64,000 nt of DNA, from contig DATKGN010000013.1 in NCBI GenBank assembly GCA_035510735.1, positions 596-64,595 on the forward strand, written 5' to 3'. This stretch comes from Patescibacteria group bacterium (GTDB lineage: Bacteria; Patescibacteriota; Microgenomatia; UBA10105; UBA927). A model generated the notes under the pieces. It did no database searches. It saw only the letters and a list, made by a program, of their open reading frames with translations, and was not told the origin of the DNA. Shown here piece by piece: positions 48,700-58,749 of the stretch. The position numbers were made by a program, and so were the translations under genes. Position 1 is the first letter of the stretch. Every line of letters begins with the position of its first letter.

Positions 48700-49506
48700 T
48701 TACCCAATATTAATTCTGAAGTTTAAATCGGGATCAAAACGCCATTTTCGCTTGCTCGCGTCATCATAATAATGAAGTATGTGTAACCGGTAAAAAACTG
48801 CGAGTGTATCTTTAATCATATTAAAAATAACGCGCCAAAAATTTCCTGATTTTATGCTACTTTTAACTCCTTCGAAATCAAGCTCAATAGGTGCTTCAAG
48901 AATCTTTGTATACCCAAGCCTATGGGCGACAGCCAATATTTCTATATCAAAGGCAAACTGTTTCACTAATAACCGAGGCAGCACATCGGACAGCACTCGA
49001 CGCCGATATAATTTCATTCCAACCTGCGTATCCCGGACGTTTACATTGAATAGTATACGAATAAGCATTTGATACCCCCAGGAAAAAATACGTCGTGCAA
49101 TCGGGTATGAAGTTTTCGATAACGGGTGACGCTTACTTCCAATCACGATGTCTGCATTATTCCAGACAAGCGTATCCAGCATAAGTGGCAACGATTCGGG
49201 CTTCAAATCACCCCCCGCATCAATAAATCCCACGACATCACCGCTTGACTGGGCCATACCATATCGAACCGCGTATCCCTTACCCTTATTAACAGCGTAA
49301 CCAACTACGATTATGCCTTTCTTTTTTACGGATTGGGCAGCCTTCAGACTTCCGTCAACCTCACCATCAATAACAATAATAAGTTCAAATGGGACATTCA
49401 TTGTTTCAAGTACCTCATAGATCGACCGGATATCACGGGCGACAGTATGCTCCTGACGGTACGCGGGCATGATGACGGAAAATAACTTAACTTTTTCGTC
49501 TGACAT
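48700..49506 (-). CDS. GT2, polyprenol-phosphate glycosyl synthase (DPM/DPG-like)
   Basis: NKGKGYAV, FIDAGGD, GSKR, DTQVGMK, FAFDIE. Confidence 0.83.
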   Translation of the reverse strand: MSDEKVKLFSVIMPAYRQEHTVARDIRSIYEVLETMNVPFELIIVIDGEVDGSLKAAQSVKKKGIIVVGYAVNKGKGYAVRYGMAQSSGDVVGFIDAGGDLKPESLPLMLDTLVWNNADIVIGSKRHPLSKTSYPIARRIFSWGYQMLIRILFNVNVRDTQVGMKLYRRRVLSDVLPRLLVKQFAFDIEILAVAHRLGYTKILEAPIELDFEGVKSSIKSGNFWRVIFNMIKDTLAVFYRLHILHYYDDASKRKWRFDPDLNFRINIG

Positions 49507-50746
49507 AGGGGTAGTATATCAAAAGTACTAAAAATAGAATCCCGACAATGAGCGTATTATTCCAGATAATCGTATGAAGACTAGAGTGAAAAATATTCAT
49601 CGTGAGAGTTTGAGCTGCCGCTGCCAATACTGCAAATATCCATACCAGTGTTTCCCCTAGCGCGAGATACATTGTCACAAAGAGATTTGCAAGTGTGTAA
49701 AACGATATAAATAATCCGAACGATCCTAAATAGACGCTCGCCGATAAAAACGCCTTACCAAATAGCAAATTAACGACCAACGAAGGGAAAAGATAATAAC
49801 CGAGCGTTAAACCGAATGACATGATTCCAACGCCGACCAGAGACAAAAAAACGATACTCGTAAATTCTTTACCAAGTTCTTTGCGTTCCGCCAATAAGGG
49901 GAATGATACGAGACCAACCGAAGAAGAAGCAAAAAAAATAATTTTTCCTAAGACAGACAGGGATGAATATATTCCTGCTAACTCCGGAGGGAAAAAATGC
50001 TTGACCAGCACGACATCCTGACTATAAAGCGCAGTCATGCAGAATATTGCAATAAATGTCGGTACGCTATACACAATTGCCGATTTCGCGGACATACTGA
50101 TCTTTTTCGGTTTATTCGATAATATTGACCGAAGCGGGATGAGGGTTAATAGGTATCCGAATACATTGGCGATAATTCCTAAAAATAACGTCCATCCGAC
50201 GCTGATTGTGGCGCCAATAACCCCAACGATCAAGCGTAAAGCTCCTCCGATGTTCTGAAGGGCGGCAATGGCAATAAATTTCTGAAATCCCTGCAGCATG
50301 CTTATTGCAATGATCGAAAAAAGATAGGTCGCAAACATGAGATACAACCATATAAGGTAGACTGGTTGCCTGATATTAAGATACGAAGCAAAAAATTTTG
50401 TAAACGGCACCAATAGGATAAAAGCGATAATGCCGAATACCACAATACCTTTGGAGATCGATATAAATAACTGCTTTGCTTCACCTAACTCGTTCTTTGC
50501 CTTTAATTGAGAGAAAAACTTTACCATAATGTTCTGCAAAATCGTCGAAGGCGCGTTCAAAATGTAATAGATGGAAATGAGTGCCGCGAGCTCGCCGTAT
50601 CTTGCAGGCCCAAGCATCCTGCCGACGATGAGATGGTAAAGATACGCTAGGAAATTTGCGAACATCGTGCCGCCAAAAACGATAGCACTGTTTTTGACCA
50701 TAGGATGTGAAGCATATCGCGAGACGCGTGTAACAATTCGTTTCAT
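49487..50746 (-). CDS. Wzx/MurJ-family oligosaccharide flippase
   Basis: About 12 TMs. RMLGPARYG, QGFQ.F, DVVLVKHF...AGIY pattern. Confidence 0.82.
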   Translation of the reverse strand: MKRIVTRVSRYASHPMVKNSAIVFGGTMFANFLAYLYHLIVGRMLGPARYGELAALISIYYILNAPSTILQNIMVKFFSQLKAKNELGEAKQLFISISKGIVVFGIIAFILLVPFTKFFASYLNIRQPVYLIWLYLMFATYLFSIIAISMLQGFQKFIAIAALQNIGGALRLIVGVIGATISVGWTLFLGIIANVFGYLLTLIPLRSILSNKPKKISMSAKSAIVYSVPTFIAIFCMTALYSQDVVLVKHFFPPELAGIYSSLSVLGKIIFFASSSVGLVSFPLLAERKELGKEFTSIVFLSLVGVGIMSFGLTLGYYLFPSLVVNLLFGKAFLSASVYLGSFGLFISFYTLANLFVTMYLALGETLVWIFAVLAAAAQTLTMNIFHSSLHTIIWNNTLIVGILFLVLLIYYPYVRRKS

Positions 50747-50747
50747 A

Positions 50748-51434
50748 TTACTGGAAAAAGCGATACCGCAATAACGTTATAACTGCCATAATACCATCTC
50801 TCCACGTAAGCTTTTTCCCCTCGGAGAACATGCGACCGTAATAAGATATCGGAACCTCGTAAATCTGGCACCCTGCTTTGAGCGCTTTTGCCGTAAACTC
50901 GGGTTCAAAATCAAAACGATGCGCAGTGATAACGATTCGATTAAGAACATTACGCCTGAAAACCTTATAGCCCGTCTCCATATCCGTAATATTGGTATTA
51001 TAAAGAATATTCGTTATGAACGTGACGAATTTATTACCTAACTCATACACAAACATTGTCGATAAATGCGCTCCGAGGAAGCGGGAGCCGTATACCACTT
51101 CAACCCGATCATTTTCAAACGGAGTTAAAAGTGCCTGATAATCCGCAGGGCTGTACTCCAAATCTGAGTCCTGTATAAGAATAATATCTCCCGTAGCCCG
51201 TTTAAATCCGGCCGTGAGCGCCGTCCCTTTCCCGCCGTTTTTAGGCTTATATAATACGATAACGCGACGTTCCCAGGCTTTAAGCCTCTCGCTTGTTCCA
51301 TCAACCGAGCCGTCATCTACAATGATGACCTCTTTTTTCCAACCTGGAAGCTTTTGATCATACACGCTAGTGAGAAGTGTATCGACAAATGAAACTTCAT
51401 TATAAACCGGAATAATAATGGATAATTTCTTCAT
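50748..51434 (-). CDS. GT2, polyprenol-phosphate glycosyl synthase (DPM1/ArnC-like)
   Basis: IPVYNE, VDDGSVDGT, NGGKG, QDSDLEY, YGSRF, DMETGYK, EPE. ATG at 51434. Confidence 0.88.
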   Translation of the reverse strand: MKKLSIIIPVYNEVSFVDTLLTSVYDQKLPGWKKEVIIVDDGSVDGTSERLKAWERRVIVLYKPKNGGKGTALTAGFKRATGDIILIQDSDLEYSPADYQALLTPFENDRVEVVYGSRFLGAHLSTMFVYELGNKFVTFITNILYNTNITDMETGYKVFRRNVLNRIVITAHRFDFEPEFTAKALKAGCQIYEVPISYYGRMFSEGKKLTWRDGIMAVITLLRYRFFQ

Positions 51435-52531
51435 GCGACGAACCATCCCCGCAAGTATAGCATCGTTCCTGCAATTTGGAGAAGTGAAAAAATGATGATA
51501 AGCGTAATTTTAATTGATTTGTGAGGGATTTTGCCTAAAATAATAAAAAGCGGAAATATCACGAGAATATAACGTGGTATGGAGGAAAATGTCCCAGTTA
51601 ATGTCGGAAGCGTAAGCACAACAAAAGCGTAAACAATATATGATAGCTCTTCGCGAATACGCCATCCATAATAAAGAAGAATATAAGCCGTCATTGTAAA
51701 GACGAATTCTGCGATAGAAATACTATACGATTCTAATGTCGGTTGCCCTACGGCACTGAATATAATCTTAAAGTAGCGCCAGATTACCTGCGGCAACAGA
51801 ATGATTTCATTGCCGCTTCTATTGGCACCGAATTCGGATTGAACATGAAAAAACCGCAGAGGATCACCGGTTGTATGATATAAATAGGCCATATATAAGA
51901 CAAGACCGAGCGGGACACATAAAAATCCCACGATATCGGAAACTTTGATCTTTCTTTGCTTCATCTGAATATACTCCCATAGGACCGGGATAAGAAGAAA
52001 CACCCCGACAAGTCGGGCTGCACCGGCAAGTCCCCCGAAGAAACCGGCAAGTAAAAAATTCTTCTTTTTTGCTAATACCACGGTCGAGATAGCAAGAAGG
52101 AAAAAAAGGCCCTCTGTATAAACGGAGGTAAAAAAGAATGCTGTCGGAAAAGTGAATAAGAAAAGAATAGCCCATTTCGCAATATTCTCTGACTGCTCCT
52201 TTAGCAAATCGTATAATAAAGCCGCTCCGACGAAAAAACTGATTATTGAAATCGCTATTCCGGCATTTTCATAAGAAAGACGAACAAAATTGTGAAGATA
52301 TCGGATAGCAAACGGATAGAGTGGGAAAAATGCTTCACTATACAAAAAATGCTCTCCTTGAGCTATCTGAATATAGTGGATGCCGTCCATATTTGACCAG
52401 GGGGTTAAGCCCAAATAACCAATCCTAATTGGTACGATAAAGGAAGCCCCTAATGAAACTACAAAAAGAACGAGGCGCCAAACTAAAAACGTGATAAGAA
52501 CAAATTTATGATCCAGTAACCACTTTTTCAT
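51431..52531 (-). CDS. GT-C mannosyltransferase, PIG-V-like
   Basis: W..MDGIHY.QIA.G, AFFPLYP, YTEGLF, S.PRY. Start moved to 52531. Confidence 0.78.
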   Translation of the reverse strand: MKKWLLDHKFVLITFLVWRLVLFVVSLGASFIVPIRIGYLGLTPWSNMDGIHYIQIAQGEHFLYSEAFFPLYPFAIRYLHNFVRLSYENAGIAISIISFFVGAALLYDLLKEQSENIAKWAILFLFTFPTAFFFTSVYTEGLFFLLAISTVVLAKKKNFLLAGFFGGLAGAARLVGVFLLIPVLWEYIQMKQRKIKVSDIVGFLCVPLGLVLYMAYLYHTTGDPLRFFHVQSEFGANRSGNEIILLPQVIWRYFKIIFSAVGQPTLESYSISIAEFVFTMTAYILLYYGWRIREELSYIVYAFVVLTLPTLTGTFSSIPRYILVIFPLFIILGKIPHKSIKITLIIIFSLLQIAGTMLYLRGWFVA

Positions 52532-53567
52532 ACGCTGCAACGGTCTCATGAACTGTTTTTTTCCATGAGAATGACTTCGCCCATTCCAACCCGTCCAGGA
52601 TAGTCCGTTTCCGCTTGTTTTCAGGCAATGAGAGCGCAAAACCGATGCCGCGCGCAATATCTTCCGTATTCATATCGTCAACAGCTATCGACGGACCCGC
52701 TATTTCGCGTAAACTTGAGTTTGAGGCCGCGACAACAGGACATGAACACATCATCGCCTCAAGAATCGGCAACCCGAACCCTTCATAATGGGACGGTTGA
52801 ATCAAGCAACGCGCTAAACTGTATATCACGGTCAGATCTTCATCGGGTACATAGCCGGGTCTTATCAGAGAATCCCTAAAATGCAATTGTTCAATAACTG
52901 AATTTATTTCACGAGTCTCTCGTAACGATTCGTTAAGAAACGATTTTCCGATAAGAACAAGCGGTACGGAATGAAACTCAGGAGTTTCATGTATCCGGGA
53001 AAATGCTTCCAATAATCCTATGATATTCTTATTCCAATTAACATCCCCTACGTAGACGATAAATTGTTTGGGTAGGTGGTATTTTTGCTGTACGAATCTA
53101 AATAGCTGAACATCGGTAGTCGTATGAAATGACGGTGAAGGTGCCAGATAAACTGCATCAACATCTTTCGGATTTAAGCCTACAATTCGGCAAATATCTC
53201 GTTTTGACGTCTTTGAATCCGTAATAACACGATTCGTGTTTTTCAGGGCCTGCTTTTGAATAGACCATTTAATATTTCCCCTTATTCCGGACGGAAACTT
53301 ATCCGGAAAAACAAGCGGAATAACATCGTGTACTGTCACAACTGTCGGTTTGGAATGTATGAGAGGTAACGTTAAAAAAAATGGATCAAAATAAGGATAG
53401 TGGACTATATCCGCATTTTCGGATACTTTTTGTCCTCGAGTAAAAAAACTATACGAATTATTCCTTTCATACTTCTGCAACGCCTCAATGAGCAATTTAG
53501 TGTATACGCCAACTCCTCTTCCCCCGTGTCCAGATTCGAGACTAGTGATATTTATCGCAATATTCAT
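52506..53567 (-). CDS. GT4 glycosyltransferase
   Basis: RGVGVY, TVHD, WNKN, EGFGLPILEAM. ATG at 53567. Confidence 0.9.
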   Translation of the reverse strand: MNIAINITSLESGHGGRGVGVYTKLLIEALQKYERNNSYSFFTRGQKVSENADIVHYPYFDPFFLTLPLIHSKPTVVTVHDVIPLVFPDKFPSGIRGNIKWSIQKQALKNTNRVITDSKTSKRDICRIVGLNPKDVDAVYLAPSPSFHTTTDVQLFRFVQQKYHLPKQFIVYVGDVNWNKNIIGLLEAFSRIHETPEFHSVPLVLIGKSFLNESLRETREINSVIEQLHFRDSLIRPGYVPDEDLTVIYSLARCLIQPSHYEGFGLPILEAMMCSCPVVAASNSSLREIAGPSIAVDDMNTEDIARGIGFALSLPENKRKRTILDGLEWAKSFSWKKTVHETVAAYEKVVTGS

Positions 53568-55162
53568 AGTGTTCTCTTTCTTATATATTGAAGTATACCC
53601 CATCCTACTATGCTTACCAATGAAATAACTGAAATTCCGTCCGCGAATTTTCTCATGGGTGTTTCAGTCATATCCGCCTGAATACTGTGGACTCCCGCAT
53701 CAACATAGAAATCTAATGTACCCGCCGAGATATAATGAATAGGAACTGATTTTCCATCGACTTTAACTTCCCAGCCGGGAAAATACAAGAGGTTAATCCG
53801 TAATGATTCCGGAAAAGAAGTTGTAACGTTATAGAGTTTGTTAAGATATTTATCGTTTACCGTTTCGTAGGGCACCGAACGGCCATCCGTATCCGTAAGC
53901 ATTGAACTCGGTCGTATCTGCTTCCAGGATGTCCAAATAGTAGACAGACTATTTCCCATTGACGACGTTCCGTTTGTGAAGTTTTGGCGGGATAAATAAT
54001 ATTGATCATTGCGCGGTGCATATATTGCCCCCCGTGTATACGAAAACGAGCTGACAATGGATAAGACGACAAAAATTACGGTAATCCAGCGCTGTTTTAT
54101 AACCGAACTGACACAGGCAATAACAAAGGCGCTCATCGGTATGAGATACGCTAAGAATCTCCATGGATATTGGGTATATTGGAGAATCGGTAAAGCGTTC
54201 CAGACCGGTGTAGAGACTGGGAGCGTCATACCGATGGCCAACGCCATAACTGCCAGAATCCCAAACAATTCGAGTTTTAACTTTTTTTTGATTGAAATGA
54301 ATATTGCAGTGATGAACGCTATTACTATCCAAAACATTGGACCAATGCCTATCTGGAGGGACATAGCGTTAGCGGATACGCCAGTTCCGGAGAAGTCGGT
54401 GCCCCACGAAGGAATGAGGAGTTGTACTACACTTGCAAAATGATCACGGAAATTAACAGTGTTTAATCCAACCATATATTTCGATTCCGCGAGCGCCGGC
54501 AGCCAAAACCAACCCGCAAGCCCCATACCGCCGATGAAAGCAATCAGCCACTTCCAATTCCGTCGCCATAATACGTACACGATAAGAAATGGAAAAAATA
54601 GCATTGCTAATATATTGTGGCTTAAAATAAGAAGACTAATGGTTATAGTAAATGGTAGGGGCCAATCTTCCTCTATCACGAAAAGTGAAGCAAATACCCA
54701 GGCAATTGCCCATACTTCTCCGATTTCGCCGCGGACATACAACTCAACAAACCAATATGGCACGAATGAAGACGCTATCGTGCCAACAACGGCGGGATAT
54801 AATCCAAAGCGCTTACGAAGCCACAAAAAACAAAATAATCCGGCGGCAAGATAGCCTAATGCGGATCCGATTTTAAACGCATCGACAAATCCGATGGCAA
54901 ACAGGTGCAAAAATGCTGCCAGATAATTTGCAAATGGATACAAAAACTCAAAAACCGGTATCCCGTATCCGCTGTTTAACGTCGGAGCCCACCTTGGAAA
55001 TAAATATCCTTCCCGAAGCATTCGGTTAAACTCTACAAAACGGATAAAATGGAACTCACCATCATGTGTCGGGATAAAACTTCGACCGAAAAACGGCACT
55101 ACCGCAGAAAGTACGACTAGGAATGTCACGAGAACACCAATTACGTTTTTTTTCCGTTCCAT
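53564..55162 (-). CDS. GT-C-like membrane protein (PTPS-related/YfhO-like, paralog set B)
   Basis: THDG..H..R, PRW...LN.GYG.P, RG..GE, SHN, QYPWRF, YFPGW.V.VDG. Confidence 0.72.
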   Translation of the reverse strand: MERKKNVIGVLVTFLVVLSAVVPFFGRSFIPTHDGEFHFIRFVEFNRMLREGYLFPRWAPTLNSGYGIPVFEFLYPFANYLAAFLHLFAIGFVDAFKIGSALGYLAAGLFCFLWLRKRFGLYPAVVGTIASSFVPYWFVELYVRGEIGEVWAIAWVFASLFVIEEDWPLPFTITISLLILSHNILAMLFFPFLIVYVLWRRNWKWLIAFIGGMGLAGWFWLPALAESKYMVGLNTVNFRDHFASVVQLLIPSWGTDFSGTGVSANAMSLQIGIGPMFWIVIAFITAIFISIKKKLKLELFGILAVMALAIGMTLPVSTPVWNALPILQYTQYPWRFLAYLIPMSAFVIACVSSVIKQRWITVIFVVLSIVSSFSYTRGAIYAPRNDQYYLSRQNFTNGTSSMGNSLSTIWTSWKQIRPSSMLTDTDGRSVPYETVNDKYLNKLYNVTTSFPESLRINLLYFPGWEVKVDGKSVPIHYISAGTLDFYVDAGVHSIQADMTETPMRKFADGISVISLVSIVGWGILQYIRKRTL

Positions 55163-56295
55163 AGTGAATTTCTTTTCATTCTCAAGGACCACACAACATA
55201 TAAACCTACGGGCACAACCGTTAATAAGGTTCTAAGCGTCGGTCCTGGACCCGCATAATACCCCATAAACATGTATGGAAGATTTCTAAGCTCTAATCCA
55301 ATCGAAAACGCAATAGTTAACCCCTGCTCAAACCATGCGATGTCACTAGGCATAACAACTGCAAAAAGGAAGAACCATACGGCGTACCATGGATAAAGCT
55401 CCTCCCGTAGGGGTGTAAATATAATAAAAACTGCAAATAACAGCCAAAATGACATTCTGTACAATTTATTACCTTTCAATTTGAGTAAAAGAGGCACGAT
55501 GAGGACAGCGGTCGCCCCTTTTACCAATATGGAAAGAGCCAATGCTTTCCAACCTATTAACTTATCTACAACCGACGATTTTTGAAGCAAATGAAGACCT
55601 AGGAGCGCAAGAACCATCATGACGATATCATTGTGACCGGATACAACAATTTCAATAAGAATTAAGGGGTTTAGACCGAAAAGAATGACTGCCTGCCACT
55701 GATGCGTCACTTTATAGATAAGATATAATCCTCCGATCAGCCATAGCGTTACAAATAGTTTAAAAGATATCATCGTAAGCCACACATTTCCGAATCCTAA
55801 TACATGCGGAATACCCGACAGAAGAAGCCATGTAGGACCGTAGAGCGCTACTTTGTTTGCCGCCCTTGTAAATGCCAGACTTGCTTCATTTGGGATTTCA
55901 ATAGGCATGACGATGTACGGATTTTCATGATGAGTAAAAAGCATTTTCGCCGTCGTCATGTAGTTGAATATGTCATAAGAAACCAACGAATAGGCAAAAA
56001 CTAGAATACCGTATGTCACTGCGACAGTAAGGATAATATCCCTCCCTCGGAGCTCACGACGCTTCGTCATGCGGTATGCCCACGCATACAGCACGAAAAA
56101 GATAACAAGGAATACTAAATAAATTCCGGTTACAAGCGGTCGCTCATTAAAAGCAAGCGCTGACAACCAACCGTGCAGACCGAGATAGAGAGGATTGTTT
56201 GACAATACAAGATTCTTATCAACGAAACCATAGGAAAAAATAACAAATAAAACAGTACTCACAACATAGCTCGCAAGAAGTAATAGTTTTTTCAT
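55141..56295 (-). CDS. GT-C membrane glycosyltransferase (MptA/MptB-like)
   Basis: SYDIFNY, NPY, YGP.W, LNPL..E....GHND, PWY. Confidence 0.72.
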   Translation of the reverse strand: MKKLLLLASYVVSTVLFVIFSYGFVDKNLVLSNNPLYLGLHGWLSALAFNERPLVTGIYLVFLVIFFVLYAWAYRMTKRRELRGRDIILTVAVTYGILVFAYSLVSYDIFNYMTTAKMLFTHHENPYIVMPIEIPNEASLAFTRAANKVALYGPTWLLLSGIPHVLGFGNVWLTMISFKLFVTLWLIGGLYLIYKVTHQWQAVILFGLNPLILIEIVVSGHNDIVMMVLALLGLHLLQKSSVVDKLIGWKALALSILVKGATAVLIVPLLLKLKGNKLYRMSFWLLFAVFIIFTPLREELYPWYAVWFFLFAVVMPSDIAWFEQGLTIAFSIGLELRNLPYMFMGYYAGPGPTLRTLLTVVPVGLYVVWSLRMKRNSLWNGKKT

Positions 56296-56822
56296 TGGAT
56301 TGATAAAGCCGTTGATAGTTCGTTATGAATATATAATCGCGTCGCACTCGCACGCTCCGGCTGCCATAGAAATTCATTGGGTGTCGTTTGAAGAAGTGTT
56401 GTTATTACAGTTTTATGTGCGATTGACGCTTCCTGTATTTCACTTCGAAACTGTGTCATATCATCCCCGCTTTGTTCAGCCGTAAGAACATTCGGCATGA
56501 TCGCGGCAAACTGGTCACTTGATCTATGAAGCGCATCGATTGCAAGAAGATACTGATTATAGTCAAAGAGTGTTTTAGCCTCGACAAGATATTTATCAGA
56601 TAGTCCGAGATGGTATTTTACCTGTGCAATATTACCGAAGTACCAATACTTATTGAATGTATCTATAAGTCTTGAGAGACGGTATAATTTGTTCCCTGGC
56701 ATATAGGAGGGGTATGGCAACACATATGAAGCAAACACATTATTATGCAAAAAAAATGTTCCAAGAAACAACAATATAACTGCGGAAACCATTCGTACAC
56801 CTTTATTTCTTCGATTTTCCAT
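56292..56822 (-). CDS. Exported helical protein, DUF5667-like
   Basis: Signal peptide, PGNKLY.L.R motif, then helical repeats. Confidence 0.55.
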   Translation of the reverse strand: MENRRNKGVRMVSAVILLFLGTFFLHNNVFASYVLPYPSYMPGNKLYRLSRLIDTFNKYWYFGNIAQVKYHLGLSDKYLVEAKTLFDYNQYLLAIDALHRSSDQFAAIMPNVLTAEQSGDDMTQFRSEIQEASIAHKTVITTLLQTTPNEFLWQPERASATRLYIHNELSTALSIQ

Positions 56823-56827
56823 AAAGT

Positions 56828-57967
56828 TTAAAAAAACTTTTTACACGAAGAGCAAAAAAGAAACACTCCGTATGTACTAATTATATATGCAATCGGCATG
56901 AAGAGTATCAAATACCGTGACGTCGTCTGGCCTGTAGATAAAAACGCTAAATATACCAATGCCCAAAGAATATACGGAATAATTATATCCGGTAACCGAA
57001 TTTTCCGGATGATCCACCCAATCCCCGTAATAACAACTACTGTAGTCGCAATCGGCCAAAGGATATTCCACTGCGGGTCGGAAATAATCGGTGAATTACC
57101 ATACCAAACATACCAACGATTGAGATAAATAAGCGGCCAAACAGTCAATGGTAATATTAACTGGCTTTGATGATACGCGAACACCCATTTTTGGATACCG
57201 AGGAATTCCCTGATCGAATATCCAAGGATAAACACCCTGATATAGCTCATAAGGAGTATGGCAATAGAAATCGGCAATGTGGCACATAACCAAACAAGAC
57301 GGCGGTATTTTGATGTGATAATCAGCGATATTCCCCATGCTGCTACGATGGTCATACCGGAGATAAAAAACTTTGTTGATATAAACAATCCTAAAAATAC
57401 GCTCGCACCGGCAAAAAACAATATATATCTTCGTTTTTTCATATAGCCGATACTGAATATATACAATGCCGCCAACAAAAATACGAGCTGTATGATATCA
57501 AGAAGCGGCGTATAAACAAGCTGGTTGGTGATGAGAGGATCAAATGTAACAATGACAACCGGCACAAGAGACCACGGAATTGATTTCGTCATCATGTAGG
57601 CCGACAGATAGACAAGAGACAATGACGCGATGAAAAACAACAAATTCATCGTATTTTCATTGTGGAAAATCAACGCGGATAGTCCGATGCTGTATCTGCC
57701 AAGCGGCGGTGTGTCGGGAGCGATAAGAATGGGCGGAACACCCCGCGCGTACGCTCCTCCCGCATATGCATTCACCGTTTCGTCTGGAATCCAACCTTTT
57801 GGATGTTTATTCGCGTATTGAGAATCGTTATACACACGAAGTAATCCAGGATAACGCTGCCAATAACTTGTATTTATGTATTCTGAGGCGTGTGCCGTCA
57901 ATACTTTACCAATATTCCAAACAATAACGAACACGCAGAAACAAATGAACAATTTTCGTAGGATCAT
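56828..57967 (-). CDS. GT-C-like membrane glycosyltransferase
   Basis: PDE after TM1, PPLG.Y, STK, RY, many TMs. Confidence 0.68.
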   Translation of the reverse strand: MILRKLFICFCVFVIVWNIGKVLTAHASEYINTSYWQRYPGLLRVYNDSQYANKHPKGWIPDETVNAYAGGAYARGVPPILIAPDTPPLGRYSIGLSALIFHNENTMNLLFFIASLSLVYLSAYMMTKSIPWSLVPVVIVTFDPLITNQLVYTPLLDIIQLVFLLAALYIFSIGYMKKRRYILFFAGASVFLGLFISTKFFISGMTIVAAWGISLIITSKYRRLVWLCATLPISIAILLMSYIRVFILGYSIREFLGIQKWVFAYHQSQLILPLTVWPLIYLNRWYVWYGNSPIISDPQWNILWPIATTVVVITGIGWIIRKIRLPDIIIPYILWALVYLAFLSTGQTTSRYLILFMPIAYIISTYGVFLFCSSCKKFF

Positions 57968-58749
57968 GTCGTATTTCGTAAGGATAACCCTTTTATGTAG
58001 GCAAGCGGAAAGTGGAAAGCGGAATATAGAGAAAATTCAAAACCTGTTAAACCATCAATAAACCCTTTATGCCGGAGAAATATTGAAAAAAAAGTTGAAA
58101 TAGGCTTTATAAAAAAATATGTAACGACCTGCATCGGGTGTGAATATGTGTGATTTTTTACCAATTCCTGTGCAGTCAGTTTGATGTACGTATCGGCTTT
58201 TTTCCAATAGTCAGCCCGCGTCATGTAAGAATAATGAAGCATTGGGTGAATAATGTAGCCGACTTTCCCGTCAACAGCTATTTGCTCGTGGACGCTTTTA
58301 CATGGAAATGAAGCTTTCCCCCGCCGTACGAGACGCATAACATAATCTGGATATTGACCGCCTTTCTTCATTACATGACCCCAAAAATAATTCTTCCTCG
58401 GTATGAAATATCCGTTCGTACCTCCATTTTCTTTCTTATTCGTTATGGAAAGAATTTCCTCTCGAAGATTATCCGGGATCACTTCATCCGCATCTAATTG
58501 CAAGATCCATTCACCTTTGCAGGCCACAAGCGCCTTCTGTTTATTGATATGAAATATAGACGGATTATTTGTCTCAATGATATGGGCTCCGAACGTCTTA
58601 GCAATTGAGACCGTTTTATCTGTCGACCTCCCGTCAACCAACATGACTTCATCGGTAAATGATGCGACTGATTGTAAACACCGTGCAATATTTTTCTCTT
58701 CGTTATATGTCGCAATCGCAATGGAAAGAGTTATATTTTTTTCCGCCAT
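57964..58749 (-). CDS. GT2 glycosyltransferase (beta-1,4-glucosyltransferase/KdtX-like)
   Basis: YNEE, STD.T, WILQLDADE, YPD...RL, VHE, GFIDG. Confidence 0.87.
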   Translation of the reverse strand: MAEKNITLSIAIATYNEEKNIARCLQSVASFTDEVMLVDGRSTDKTVSIAKTFGAHIIETNNPSIFHINKQKALVACKGEWILQLDADEVIPDNLREEILSITNKKENGGTNGYFIPRKNYFWGHVMKKGGQYPDYVMRLVRRGKASFPCKSVHEQIAVDGKVGYIIHPMLHYSYMTRADYWKKADTYIKLTAQELVKNHTYSHPMQVVTYFFIKPISTFFSIFLRHKGFIDGLTGFEFSLYSAFHFPLAYIKGLSLRNTT

